DNA of 64,000 nucleotides, from positions 147,202 through 211,201 of IMG/VR virus record IMGVR_UViG_3300049846_000628, one strand, 5' to 3'. Below, in pieces: positions 9,596 to 18,913 of this stretch (position 1 is its first letter; the number at the start of each line of letters is the position of its first letter). Under the pieces are notes generated by a model that was not told the origin of the DNA, ran no database searches, and worked only from the letters and a program-made list of their open reading frames with translations. A program made the position numbers and the translations under genes.

Positions 9596-9650
9596 ATTAT
9601 AGCAGAAAACCGCCCCTGGTGCGACCCAGTGGGCGGTTCTCAAAGTGTCC
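9596..9650 (-). promoter_or_regulatory. third copy of the GGACACTT..GAACCG promoter motif with TATAAT and inverted repeat AACCGCCC/GGGCGGTT
   Basis: Minus strand GGACACTTTGAGAACCGCCCACTGGGTCGCACCAGGGGCGGTTTTCTGCTATAAT. Confidence 0.7.
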
Positions 9651-9690
9651 TATAGAAGCTCAGACTCCCATCTTCAACCCAGACAAAGGT

Positions 9691-9719
9691 AGTCTAGCAG
9701 TATTATGAGTATGAGTCAA
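9691..9719 (-). promoter_or_regulatory. sigma70-type promoter TTGACT-17-TAGACT
   Basis: Near-consensus hexamers with 17-nt spacer, intergenic. Confidence 0.6.
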
Positions 9720-9722
9720 GTG

Positions 9723-11441
9723 TTACCAGAAGCTATTCCAGTTTGTACCATCATATCCCTGGTGTCTATTTAAACTTGAGTTATAAATGACTGCTCCAGC
9801 TGTAATTCCTCCTGAGGTATAAGTATCTCTTTCTGCAGTTGTCATGATTGGTGGATAGAATGCCGAAGTAGTAATAGAACTTAAATCAAGTGCATCTGTA
9901 AGAGATAACGTTGATGAAGCTATTGATACTGCAGTAACACCAGCTACATTTACAGCTCCAGATCCATTTCCAAAATTATTCGCAGTAATTGTTGAACTGA
10001 CGCTAACGTTTGTTGCCGAAACTGTAGTTGCTGAAACCGTTGTTGCTGAAACTGTAGCAGCAGTAACAATACCACTTACTCTTAGATTTCCTAAGGAACT
10101 AATACCAACACCATTTGATCCAGAATCTGGATTAGCACCAACCTGAAGATTATAAGTTGTTGGTAAACTGCTGGTAGATACTCCTAAAGTTCCAACTAGT
10201 TGAGAATTAAGTGAAAATGCTCCAGTAACTGAGAGTGTTCCACCAATATTCAAATTACCTGAGATTGTTGAAGAACCACCAACAAATGAATTTCCAGTTA
10301 CGGTAGATGTTCCAACAACGTGAAGTGTATTAGTTGGATTTGCCTGATTGATTCCTAATTTACCATCATAAGTCAGAGTCATTAATGATGTATTTGGATT
10401 CTGCCCATAAATCCAATTGAAGTTTCCTGTACCTACACCAGCACTTCCATATTGTAGATAAGAGTTAATATTACCATCATCATAGTTTATGATATCAAGA
10501 GATTGATCTGTACTGTAATTGTAAGATAGGTTAGCATTTCCAAATCTTATTTTACCTAATCCCTTACCAGAACTATCAGATCTAGCTACGGAAACACTTG
10601 CTTCATTACTTGTACTTCTAATATGAATTGAAGATATTCCAGACTGTCTGATTTCTACTTGAGTAACTGGATTATCTGTTCCTAATCCAATTTTTCCATT
10701 TACATTTATATTGTTCGTAACTGTTGCAACTCCAATGGAAGCACCAGATACAGAAATAAATGCAGTCGTTGTAATTCCACTCGCAGTGGAAGCAGTTCCA
10801 GTTAGATTACCAACAAATGATCCTGCAGTAACGATACCAGATACAACAATATTTGATGGGAGTCTTGCAGTATCTAATGTTCCTGTAATGATATTGCTAG
10901 CATTTAAAGCAGTGATGTTTCCACCATCACCAACAAAAGCATTTGCTGTAACAATACCAGTAATTTTAGCGTCACCAGTTGAATTAAATCCAACACCAGA
11001 AGCAGCGTCTGGATTTCCACCAATTTGGAAATAGTAGTAAGGATAGTTTGTTGCTACTCCAACAGCACCTGCGGCATAAATGCTTGTTATTCCTATTCCA
11101 GTATTAACATCAACCCATTGTGATGTTGGAATATTAATAAGACCAGATCCATCACCATAGAAAGTCGCTACACCAACTGATGATGTAATAATACCTGAAC
11201 TAATTCTAACTGTTCCATCAGTCAGAGAGACAAATGTTCCAATTCCAGTTACAAGTAAATTAGAGATTGTAGCACTTGATGCAGTAATAAGACCAACAAC
11301 CTTTGCCGTTCCTCTAATATCTAATAGTTCAGTTGGTGAGGAAGTTCCAACACCAACCAAACCATTTGAATTTACAATAAAATTATCATCATCAACCTGA
11401 ACACCATTCCTAAGATTAAATGACTTTCTATAATTTGCCAT
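9723..11441 (-). CDS. tail fibre-like virion protein
   Basis: 572 aa, Gly/Ser/Thr-rich beta repeats, GIGT-x-xP fibre repeats, MANYRKSFNLRNGVQVD N-terminus typical of cyanophage fibres. Confidence 0.75.
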   Translation of the reverse strand: MANYRKSFNLRNGVQVDDDNFIVNSNGLVGVGTSSPTELLDIRGTAKVVGLITASSATISNLLVTGIGTFVSLTDGTVRISSGIITSSVGVATFYGDGSGLINIPTSQWVDVNTGIGITSIYAAGAVGVATNYPYYYFQIGGNPDAASGVGFNSTGDAKITGIVTANAFVGDGGNITALNASNIITGTLDTARLPSNIVVSGIVTAGSFVGNLTGTASTASGITTTAFISVSGASIGVATVTNNINVNGKIGLGTDNPVTQVEIRQSGISSIHIRSTSNEASVSVARSDSSGKGLGKIRFGNANLSYNYSTDQSLDIINYDDGNINSYLQYGSAGVGTGNFNWIYGQNPNTSLMTLTYDGKLGINQANPTNTLHVVGTSTVTGNSFVGGSSTISGNLNIGGTLSVTGAFSLNSQLVGTLGVSTSSLPTTYNLQVGANPDSGSNGVGISSLGNLRVSGIVTAATVSATTVSATTVSATNVSVSSTITANNFGNGSGAVNVAGVTAVSIASSTLSLTDALDLSSITTSAFYPPIMTTAERDTYTSGGITAGAVIYNSSLNRHQGYDGTNWNSFW

Positions 11442-11477
11442 TTGTAGCTGCTTTATTTGAAGTATTTATTTTTAAAA

Positions 11478-14400
11478 TCACGCATAACGAATAATGTATC
11501 CAAGAGCAATATATGGAGGTAGGTTTGCATCAGTTCCAGAAACTCCCTTATCGGCGGTTGTGAAGGTATGTGTATGGTTTTGACTCTCTCCACCAGTTCC
11601 TCCACCGTGAGAGTGGGATCCTGCGTCATTACTTCTACCAGCATCTGGTCCATTTCCTGTACCTTTAAGGGCATATCTATAATCATTATTGTTATTGAGT
11701 ATCGCAGTTCTTAATAAGAATGGAACCCCACCATTATCAACTAAATTAGTAAATCTATTTGTATCAGATCTTTCACCACTGTTAACAACAAGGTGGTTAT
11801 GGTTTCCATCTCCACTGATTCCGTGGTTATGTCCTCTATTATTACCATCAGTTGTTCCTGTATGGTTGTGAGAGACAACTACAGCATCCTTTGTACCACC
11901 CGTTCTAGTTACAGCTCCTGTAACAGTTGTTCCACCGTTTGCACTTGATCCAATAATGAATCTATCAGTTAGATTTGGAAGGTTGAAGGTTGTTGATCCG
12001 TTTCCAGCACCAAAAGTTGTTCCGGTGATTGCAAATAGAGCACTAAATGTAGTTCTAGAAACAGCAGATCCATTACATAGTAACCATCCAGTTGGAACAC
12101 TGGTCACATTTCCAGCCCACATTACAACAGATCCAATTGGTGCAATGCTCTGAGAGAAAATTTGACCAATTGTAGCAATTCCAGAAATTGAAGCATTATT
12201 TGAAACACTTAGATCTGTTGTAGTAGTAACACCAGTAACAATAGCACCAGTTGATGTTGTTTCAATTTTCTTAGAATTATTATGATAGAGTTCAGAAGAT
12301 CCATCTACACTAAACTTACTTAGTATTTCTCCACCTATTGATTCTAGAGTAATAGAACCACTGGTTGTTCTCAGGGAAAGGTTTCCAACAGCGTTATCAA
12401 CAAAGCTACCAGTACCATTAGTGTAGATTGATAGATTAACACTATCACCAAAGATTATCTTATTAGTTCCTTTGATGTTTACATTATTAAAGGCATTTGT
12501 TCCACCAAAAATATTGATAGAATCTGATGCTGTGTTAGTAAATCTTACTTTTCCACTAAAAGTAGATTGTGCTTTAATTCTAAGATCTTTGTTGAAGGTT
12601 ACAGGACCATCAAACTGAGAAAGAACTTGTCCAGAATCACCACCCTCAACAAGAAGTCTTTCCTTAATTGTAACCTCATCATATACTACACTGAGTCTTG
12701 AAGGATCTTCACCAGTGATGGTTGGATTTGGAATATCGTAGGAAACAGTTTCTCCACTTGCTGCAGAAGTTTTTGTATTTCCATTGAATACATCACCATC
12801 ACTATTCATAGCAGTGTAGACAACAACACCACCAGAACGTTCCTGAGATTGTGCTAGGAAGTCCTCTCTTTCGGTGAGAGTCTTGACTTGAATCTGTGGT
12901 AAACCAGTTGAATAGTTACCAGGACCATATCCAAGATATTCAAATGTGTGTCCAGAAGCACGAAGAATAGATGGTCTACGGAATTCAATAGCGACTGGAT
13001 CAATCTTACGAATTAGTGATCCACCATCGTGATTTTCTTGACGTGTACCGAGAGCACCACGAATAACGCTAATCTGAGCAGCATTATCACTGGTCGTCAC
13101 TCTCATAATCTCATTATCAATTTGGATATAAGATCCAAGAGGCAATCTGTTTGATGTAGCACCTACACCAGCAATTGCGAATGTTGACTCAGTTGTAATT
13201 GAAGCAGAGAGTGTAAATGTTTCACTAGCATAGAATGGAACAGATCTTGTCCCGATATTCTCTCCATTTGCATCAGAAATGCCCTGGTTTGCTGATAAAC
13301 CGTGCTTCAGGATATAACCGTTTGTTGCCGAAATTGATTGGTTGGTTATCGCACTGAATGTGTTTACGCCAACTCTTTCATAGACTAAGTAATCTCCAAG
13401 ATTATTATTGCTAGAATCAATGACTCTAAACTGGTTACCAGCAACCAATCCGTGAGCATCTGATGTAGTAAATGTGGAAATTCCTGTTGCTGAACCGTAA
13501 GAAGTTCCAGTAATTAAAACTGAAGGTCCGACTAAGAATCCATACTGACTGCTGAGAATCGTTGGATCTCCAGAAGTCTTAGCAACTGAAATAGTTGTTG
13601 CAGATCCAACTGAAGTGATTCTGTAATATCCGTCAGCGGTTGTTCCAGCACCAGTAAATTGAATTACATCACCAATATTTGTAGAAATACCTGCATTGTT
13701 AATTGCAATAGATGCATCTGCAGTTCCACCAATCTTAGCAGTATCAAAGTACAGAGTCTCTCCGCTTACATATCCAGAACCACCTGCTTGAATATCAACA
13801 CCAACAACAGATCCACCAGAAACTACAACCTTAGCAGTAGCACCATCCCAGTTTACAAGTCCTGCTTCATTATAAAGTTTAACATTGTAGAACGTTCCAT
13901 TTGTATGTCCAGTTCCACCAGTCAGTGAACTATATGTTGCGATTCCTGCAAGACCGTGATTTCTTCCAAAGGTGATCGTTGCAATTCCACTGTTAGATAC
14001 AACTGAAGATATTGTAAGACCAATACCAATATTCTTCAGCATCAAGTCGGATGCTTCTCTTGTAATACTCTTCTTCAGATCGTTTGTTATAACATCACCA
14101 ATTGGAGAACGCTTCGCAAAGGACTTCGCAGCTCTTGGGTTTGCGTCTACATTATCTCTATCCAGCTGAGGATAAAGATCTACAGGTGACTGACTGAACT
14201 TAAGATTTGTAAATTCTGATGGTATTGCATTGTTTGCATCAAGAACATATAGGTGGTAAATACCATCCTGAACATTATAAACATATGGAGAAATAATCTC
14301 ATTTCTATAAACATACAGGTTACCCTGCATATCATTTCTTTCAAATCTTGGTAGATCAATGTCTCTAACATTTACATCACTAGTGAATGTTCCTGGAGTA

Positions 14401-17165
14401 TGTGCAACTCCAAAAACGTCAGTTGTAGAATACTTAAATGTTACATCATCAGAAACAGAAACCTGGAATACACCATTATATCCAAGATTATTCTCACCAG
14501 TTGTATTGGTTGTACTCTTAACACTCTTAATCGCTACAAGATCTCCAGTTTGAAGATTATGTGGGAGTTCAGAAATAACGGTTACTGTATTTGAAGCTAC
14601 AGAGCAAGTGCTAATGAATCTTGGATTCTTATTGTATCCATAATCAGTGGTCGCAATGCTTACTCTTGTGAAATCAGCATTATTTCTAGCACCAGTTGAA
14701 CTTGAAGTTTGAATAATAAATCCAGTCTCAGGATCTTTTGCGTTTACAAGTTCTTTTGGAATTACAACTCTCATCTTGTAGAGTTTTTCATCCAAACTTC
14801 TTTCGTCAGAAATTCTCTTTACATAGATAAGATCTGTTGTAGTTCCATAAGTTTCTGTTCCACCAGACGCAAATGCATTATAAATTTGGTTATTTGCATT
14901 AGTGTGAATAAACCAGTTTGATCTAACTGGATCATATTGTACTGGTGATCCAATGTCTCCAGATTCTTTATCAGATACTCTGCTTAAAATGCTAAGGCTG
15001 GTTCCACCATAGACTGTAAGAGTCTGATTGGAGATTGAGTTAGTATATGAAGTAGCAAGTTTGATTTCAGTCGCACTAGTACGAACAGCATAATAGATAC
15101 GATGTGGTTCAATATTCTCTGGATAATCTCCATCATCACTTATGAGAATAACTCTTTCTCCAGTCTGAATCTTGTGATTTCCAAGAGTAAAGACACTAGA
15201 TGTTAATGAAGATACTGTGTATGACTTAATAGCACTAATTGTTCCAATCGCTGTTGTAAATCCACTGCTTGCGATAATATTATCGCACATATAGATATCA
15301 GCTGAGAATGTGCTTCCTGCACCAACAAAATATAGTTTATCATTTAATCTAGCACCAATTCTATATCCCTGTGTTTGAGAAGAAGGAGCACTATCTGATG
15401 CTGTAAATCCAGCTATGTATAAATGACTTGAAATACCGACAGAAGTAGTAAGACCTACATCTAAAGATAACCATTCAATATTATCTTCATTAGTAGTATT
15501 AACTGCTCTTGGAGGAATAACAGCAGTAATGAAGGCATTATTGTCCTTATCAAATGCCGCCTTTCTAAATCCTACAGAGTTTAGAGATATCTGACCAAAG
15601 TTGGAGTTGGAGTTGGTAATAGAAGCATCTCCACCACTTTCTGCATCAAAGTGTTTTGTAAATCCAATTGCAAACACCGAAACAATCTGAATGAATGCAT
15701 CATTACTGATCTTAATATGACTTGTTTCCCATCCAGATCTATAAACTGCATCTGGATCTAAGTGATAGACTTGATTTGAGTCTGTCTGTGAAGCACCTTC
15801 CGTAAGAGTGGATCCATAAACAGGAGTGATTGGGTTTACACCCTGATAAGTTCTAGATGTCTTGTTATATTTTACAAACGCACGGTCGTCTTTTTGTAGT
15901 GAAACAGCAGTAAACTGTGCAACAACGGTACTTCTAAATCCAGATGCTTTACTACCATCGGCGTGAAGACCGTTCATACCCCAAACGGAGCGCATAGAAA
16001 TATTGAAAATGTATGGCGATGCGCCAGACACTGTATCAGTTTCAATTGTTACTGTCGCAGATGCAGCACTTGGGCTTGGATTGATATTTGGATAAGATGC
16101 TAATCCAGGCAGCAAGTAGGTAAATGATGTATCGCTAAGTACATTCTGAACCTTTGTTGAAATATTATATGGTGCTGTTACACCAGATCCACTAACTCCT
16201 CTGATCTTAATTGGAGTTCCTGCATTTAATCCGTGATTTGCTGAAGTTGTTACCGTTACAACTGCACTTGCAGTGCTTCCATTTCCAGAAATGATGGAAG
16301 AAATTGTAATAGGATCTGGAGCAAAAGCACCAACAATTTCCCATTCTGAACGTTGCTTTGCAAATCCTTCCCCATCAACAGGGAACTTCTGGTCTATATC
16401 ACGAATCGCATTATATGCGTTAGAGACCTTGCTATAGTACATATCAAGATCAGTAATTCCATAATTACCAATCTTGTTTACACCATCACAGAATTCAAAA
16501 CAAGTGAGTTTGTGGTGTGAGAATGATGGAATTGATTGATATGTAGTTCCGAAGTTATCAGGGTTTGTATAAACAAGACCATTATCATCACCATCAAAAA
16601 TTGAGAACTGCCAGAAATAGCAAGCACCAGTAATTCTGAAGATAGCAGACTTGCTAACAGAAGAATCTGTTGGATTTGGTACGTACTTTGGTCTGATTTT
16701 TGTCTTACGAAGGTCAAGACCAACAATAGAAGTTCCTCTTGGAACTACAACACCACCATAATAACTGTTAAACTTATAAAGAATATTGTCTTCTTGTGTT
16801 AGGTCAAAAACAGAATCAAGACCTAACGATAATACTGAGGATGCTAAAACACCAGCGCCGCCTGCTCTGGAAACTGCATAAGCAGATCCACCATTATCAT
16901 AGATCGCAAATCCAGGTCTATTATCAACTAAGTGCTCTCCAGGGAATAACAGAATTGTAGTTTTTTCTACTAAATCGTTATTATCACCCTTAACGTAAGA
17001 GAACCTCGCTGCTTCTATAAGAGCTCTCTGAATCGTTTTGAACGGACGGGCAAGGGAATTTCCCTGATTTGTAATTGAGTCGGTAGCATCTAGATCATTG
17101 GGATTTACATATAGAATGCGACCCTCAGTGTTCTTAATAAAATTATCTAATTTGTTTAATGGCAA
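11478..17165 (-). CDS. large virion structural protein with C-terminal phage tail collar domain
   Basis: 1895 aa, TTG start; N-terminus GRILYVNPNDLDATDSITNQGNSLARPFKTIQRAL; tail collar motif PIGSVVMWAG...GWLLCNGSAVSRTTFSALF...FNLPNLTDRF. Confidence 0.85.
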   Translation of the reverse strand: MPLNKLDNFIKNTEGRILYVNPNDLDATDSITNQGNSLARPFKTIQRALIEAARFSYVKGDNNDLVEKTTILLFPGEHLVDNRPGFAIYDNGGSAYAVSRAGGAGVLASSVLSLGLDSVFDLTQEDNILYKFNSYYGGVVVPRGTSIVGLDLRKTKIRPKYVPNPTDSSVSKSAIFRITGACYFWQFSIFDGDDNGLVYTNPDNFGTTYQSIPSFSHHKLTCFEFCDGVNKIGNYGITDLDMYYSKVSNAYNAIRDIDQKFPVDGEGFAKQRSEWEIVGAFAPDPITISSIISGNGSTASAVVTVTTSANHGLNAGTPIKIRGVSGSGVTAPYNISTKVQNVLSDTSFTYLLPGLASYPNINPSPSAASATVTIETDTVSGASPYIFNISMRSVWGMNGLHADGSKASGFRSTVVAQFTAVSLQKDDRAFVKYNKTSRTYQGVNPITPVYGSTLTEGASQTDSNQVYHLDPDAVYRSGWETSHIKISNDAFIQIVSVFAIGFTKHFDAESGGDASITNSNSNFGQISLNSVGFRKAAFDKDNNAFITAVIPPRAVNTTNEDNIEWLSLDVGLTTSVGISSHLYIAGFTASDSAPSSQTQGYRIGARLNDKLYFVGAGSTFSADIYMCDNIIASSGFTTAIGTISAIKSYTVSSLTSSVFTLGNHKIQTGERVILISDDGDYPENIEPHRIYYAVRTSATEIKLATSYTNSISNQTLTVYGGTSLSILSRVSDKESGDIGSPVQYDPVRSNWFIHTNANNQIYNAFASGGTETYGTTTDLIYVKRISDERSLDEKLYKMRVVIPKELVNAKDPETGFIIQTSSSTGARNNADFTRVSIATTDYGYNKNPRFISTCSVASNTVTVISELPHNLQTGDLVAIKSVKSTTNTTGENNLGYNGVFQVSVSDDVTFKYSTTDVFGVAHTPGTFTSDVNVRDIDLPRFERNDMQGNLYVYRNEIISPYVYNVQDGIYHLYVLDANNAIPSEFTNLKFSQSPVDLYPQLDRDNVDANPRAAKSFAKRSPIGDVITNDLKKSITREASDLMLKNIGIGLTISSVVSNSGIATITFGRNHGLAGIATYSSLTGGTGHTNGTFYNVKLYNEAGLVNWDGATAKVVVSGGSVVGVDIQAGGSGYVSGETLYFDTAKIGGTADASIAINNAGISTNIGDVIQFTGAGTTADGYYRITSVGSATTISVAKTSGDPTILSSQYGFLVGPSVLITGTSYGSATGISTFTTSDAHGLVAGNQFRVIDSSNNNLGDYLVYERVGVNTFSAITNQSISATNGYILKHGLSANQGISDANGENIGTRSVPFYASETFTLSASITTESTFAIAGVGATSNRLPLGSYIQIDNEIMRVTTSDNAAQISVIRGALGTRQENHDGGSLIRKIDPVAIEFRRPSILRASGHTFEYLGYGPGNYSTGLPQIQVKTLTEREDFLAQSQERSGGVVVYTAMNSDGDVFNGNTKTSAASGETVSYDIPNPTITGEDPSRLSVVYDEVTIKERLLVEGGDSGQVLSQFDGPVTFNKDLRIKAQSTFSGKVRFTNTASDSINIFGGTNAFNNVNIKGTNKIIFGDSVNLSIYTNGTGSFVDNAVGNLSLRTTSGSITLESIGGEILSKFSVDGSSELYHNNSKKIETTSTGAIVTGVTTTTDLSVSNNASISGIATIGQIFSQSIAPIGSVVMWAGNVTSVPTGWLLCNGSAVSRTTFSALFAITGTTFGAGNGSTTFNLPNLTDRFIIGSSANGGTTVTGAVTRTGGTKDAVVVSHNHTGTTDGNNRGHNHGISGDGNHNHLVVNSGERSDTNRFTNLVDNGGVPFLLRTAILNNNNDYRYALKGTGNGPDAGRSNDAGSHSHGGGTGGESQNHTHTFTTADKGVSGTDANLPPYIALGYIIRYA

Positions 17166-17187
17166 TTTTCCGCACCAATTACTACTT

Positions 17188-17727
17188 CTATGCTTTATTT
17201 ATTATTCTTCCCAATTTATAATCTTTACCCGGACACTCTTTTGAAAACTTACATTCTACTCCATTATTCCACCATTTTTTGCCCCAAGAAGGATTCTTTT
17301 CCTTTGACATAATACCCACCATAACAGCACTCACACTCTCCCTCCATTTATCACTTGCCTTTCTTTTCTTTGCTGCTTTACTCAATGCTTTTCTATGTGC
17401 CTCACTTTTCTTTCTGCCTTTATGTGCCTCACTTAACTTCCTTTTAGTTTCCTCACTCAAAACCCTACCGGCACATCCTTCACCACCATCAGTCATATTT
17501 CTCAAAATACCTGTACCTAAATCTTTTCTACCAAGCACGGCAATCATATAAACCTCGTGCTTTCGTGCTTCTTCGTCTGTAAGGTTTTGCTTTAAGAATA
17601 TTCTTCTATCTTCTTCTGGGGGCAGATGTATTGCGTGCAGTTTATTGTTAATTCTACCTGCCTTTCCCTTACCAATGTAGTATGGAGTTCCATCTTCACG
17701 CAAGTAAGCGTAAGTATAATAATTCAT
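17188..17727 (-). mobile_element. free-standing GIY-YIG homing endonuclease with NUMOD3-like repeats
   Basis: YYTYAYLREDGTPYYIGKG motif; LSEETKRKLSEAHKG / KSEAHRKALS repeats. Confidence 0.85.
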
Positions 17728-17729
17728 TC

Positions 17730-17813
17730 TGCTTTAATCGTGGTTATGAATATTTATATGAGAAAAGGAGCATTTCTGCTCCTACTCTTTGCTTAAACAA
17801 CCACGATTAAGCA
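17730..17813 (-). promoter_or_regulatory. translation-sequestering inverted repeat enclosing a terminator and a late promoter TATAAATA
   Basis: Arms 17730-17745 and 17799-17813 (12-bp perfect core TTAATCGTGGTT); TATAAATA at 17751-17758. Confidence 0.7.
17763..17782 (-). terminator. intrinsic terminator GGAGCA-GAAA-TGCTCC-TTTT
   Basis: 6-bp stem, GNRA loop, U tract. Confidence 0.65.
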
Positions 17814-17820
17814 CTAATAT

Positions 17821-18123
17821 TTATGAAGTCAAATCTTCCCCATATTCAAGTTCAAAGTCATCTGGAAGATCCTCTGGATTTTCCAGTTCTATTGGAAACA
17901 ACATTGGATGTGCTTCTTCATCTATAAGGTAAAACGAAGATTTATATAAGTCTTCTGGATCAAATGTACGGTTTTTATCTGCTTCTCTACACAAATCTTG
18001 GTCATATAAATGTCCCTCTGGTAATTCATCAAATGTAAAAGGAACGTGATTGATGAAATACATTTTCACAATCATACTGCCGTCATTGTACCAACAATAT
18101 GCGTGATCGATACGATAAGACAT
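17821..18123 (-). CDS. conserved cyanophage-type hypothetical protein (MSYRIDHAYCWY...)
   Basis: ATG at 18123 downstream of an ATAAATA late-promoter-like site. Confidence 0.7.
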   Translation of the reverse strand: MSYRIDHAYCWYNDGSMIVKMYFINHVPFTFDELPEGHLYDQDLCREADKNRTFDPEDLYKSSFYLIDEEAHPMLFPIELENPEDLPDDFELEYGEDLTS

Positions 18124-18156
18124 AGGGATTTTCCCATATCTCTTATTTATTTTAAG

Positions 18157-18238
18157 TAGGGCGAGCGGGACTTGAACCCGCAAGGCTTGCGCCACCGGTT
18201 TTTAAGACCGGAATGTTTACCGATTTCATCACCGCCCC
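18157..18238 (-). tRNA. trnL: tRNA-Leu (anticodon TAA)
   Basis: Cloverleaf: GGGGCGG/TCGCCCT acceptor, CCGGT-CTTAAAA-ACCGG, long variable arm, GCGGG-TTCAAGT-CCCGC; no encoded CCA. Confidence 0.95.
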
Positions 18239-18251
18239 GTGATGTGAGACC

Positions 18252-18280
18252 ATTATAACTCTTTGAGTCTGAATGGTCAA
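18252..18280 (-). promoter_or_regulatory. sigma70 consensus promoter TTGACC-17-TATAAT for tRNA-Leu
   Basis: Consensus hexamers with 17-nt spacer between two tRNAs. Confidence 0.85.
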
Positions 18281-18281
18281 G

Positions 18282-18354
18282 TGCTCCTTGCGTGGATCGA
18301 ACACGCCTCAGGCGAATTATGAGTTCGCTGCATTCACCAGATTGCTAAAGGAGC
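18282..18354 (-). tRNA. tRNA with CAT anticodon (elongator Met or lysidine Ile2)
   Basis: GCTCCTT/AAGGAGC acceptor, GCGAA-CTCATAA-TTCGC, GCGTG-TTCGATC-CACGC, discriminator A; paired 1-72, so not initiator. Confidence 0.9.
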
Positions 18355-18358
18355 AAGG

Positions 18359-18446
18359 TACGAGTGCCTGGATTCGAACCAGGTCAAAGCCGCTAATCTG
18401 GCGGAAAGAGTTTATAAGACTCCTCTGACTACCAAGTCTCACTCGC
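18359..18446 (-). tRNA. atypical tRNA, anticodon TAT (nominal Ile), short D-arm, long variable arm
   Basis: GCGAGTG/CACTCGT acceptor, GAC-TTGGTA-GTC D-arm, GGAGT-CTTATAA-ACTCT, variable arm CCGC-CAGATTA-GCGG, CCTGG-TTCGAAT-CCAGG. Confidence 0.8.
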
Positions 18447-18462
18447 ATAAAAACCCTAAGTA

Positions 18463-18636
18463 TCAGGGTGCTTCGTTATTTAACTCAGTGTGTATTCGTA
18501 TGAGGTCATCATCTGCGGGCATCATAACTGCTGCCTGCCCGTCTTCGTTGATGATTCCTAAACGCTCTCCATTTTCAACTCGTTCCATCAGTTCATCAAA
18601 CCTCTCTTGAAACTCTTCCACTGTGAAAATTTCCAT
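18463..18636 (-). CDS. Phd/YefM-like antitoxin-fold small protein (57 aa)
   Basis: Manual translation MEIFTVEEFQERFDELMERVENGERLGIINEDGQAAVMMPADDD...; matches the Phd N-terminal pattern; acidic tail. Confidence 0.65.
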   Translation of the reverse strand: MEIFTVEEFQERFDELMERVENGERLGIINEDGQAAVMMPADDDLIRIHTELNNEAP

Positions 18637-18658
18637 TTTCGATATTTATATTATAGCA

Positions 18659-18859
18659 TCACTGCCCATAAATTGCAAGATCTGCATACTCAATCTGCTC
18701 AGGTTGAAGATTTGCAGTAACAACTTCCAGAACGTTCATAAATTCGTCTACAGTATCACACTCTACCAGACGTTCACTACCTCGATCACTCAAAAGCAGG
18801 AAGGTACGGGTGCATACGTCAATCACAATACCTTGTACGGTTTCTTGTGCAGTGCTCAT
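18659..18859 (-). CDS. conserved cyanophage-type hypothetical protein
   Basis: ORF track; promoter upstream. Confidence 0.7.
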   Translation of the reverse strand: MSTAQETVQGIVIDVCTRTFLLLSDRGSERLVECDTVDEFMNVLEVVTANLQPEQIEYADLAIYGQ

Positions 18860-18884
18860 TCGGTGTTCCGTTGATTACCCCCAT

Positions 18885-18913
18885 ATTATAGGGTAGATGG
18901 GTCCTGGCGTCAA
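18885..18913 (-). promoter_or_regulatory. sigma70 promoter TTGACG-17-TATAAT
   Basis: Consensus hexamers with 17-nt spacer. Confidence 0.8.
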
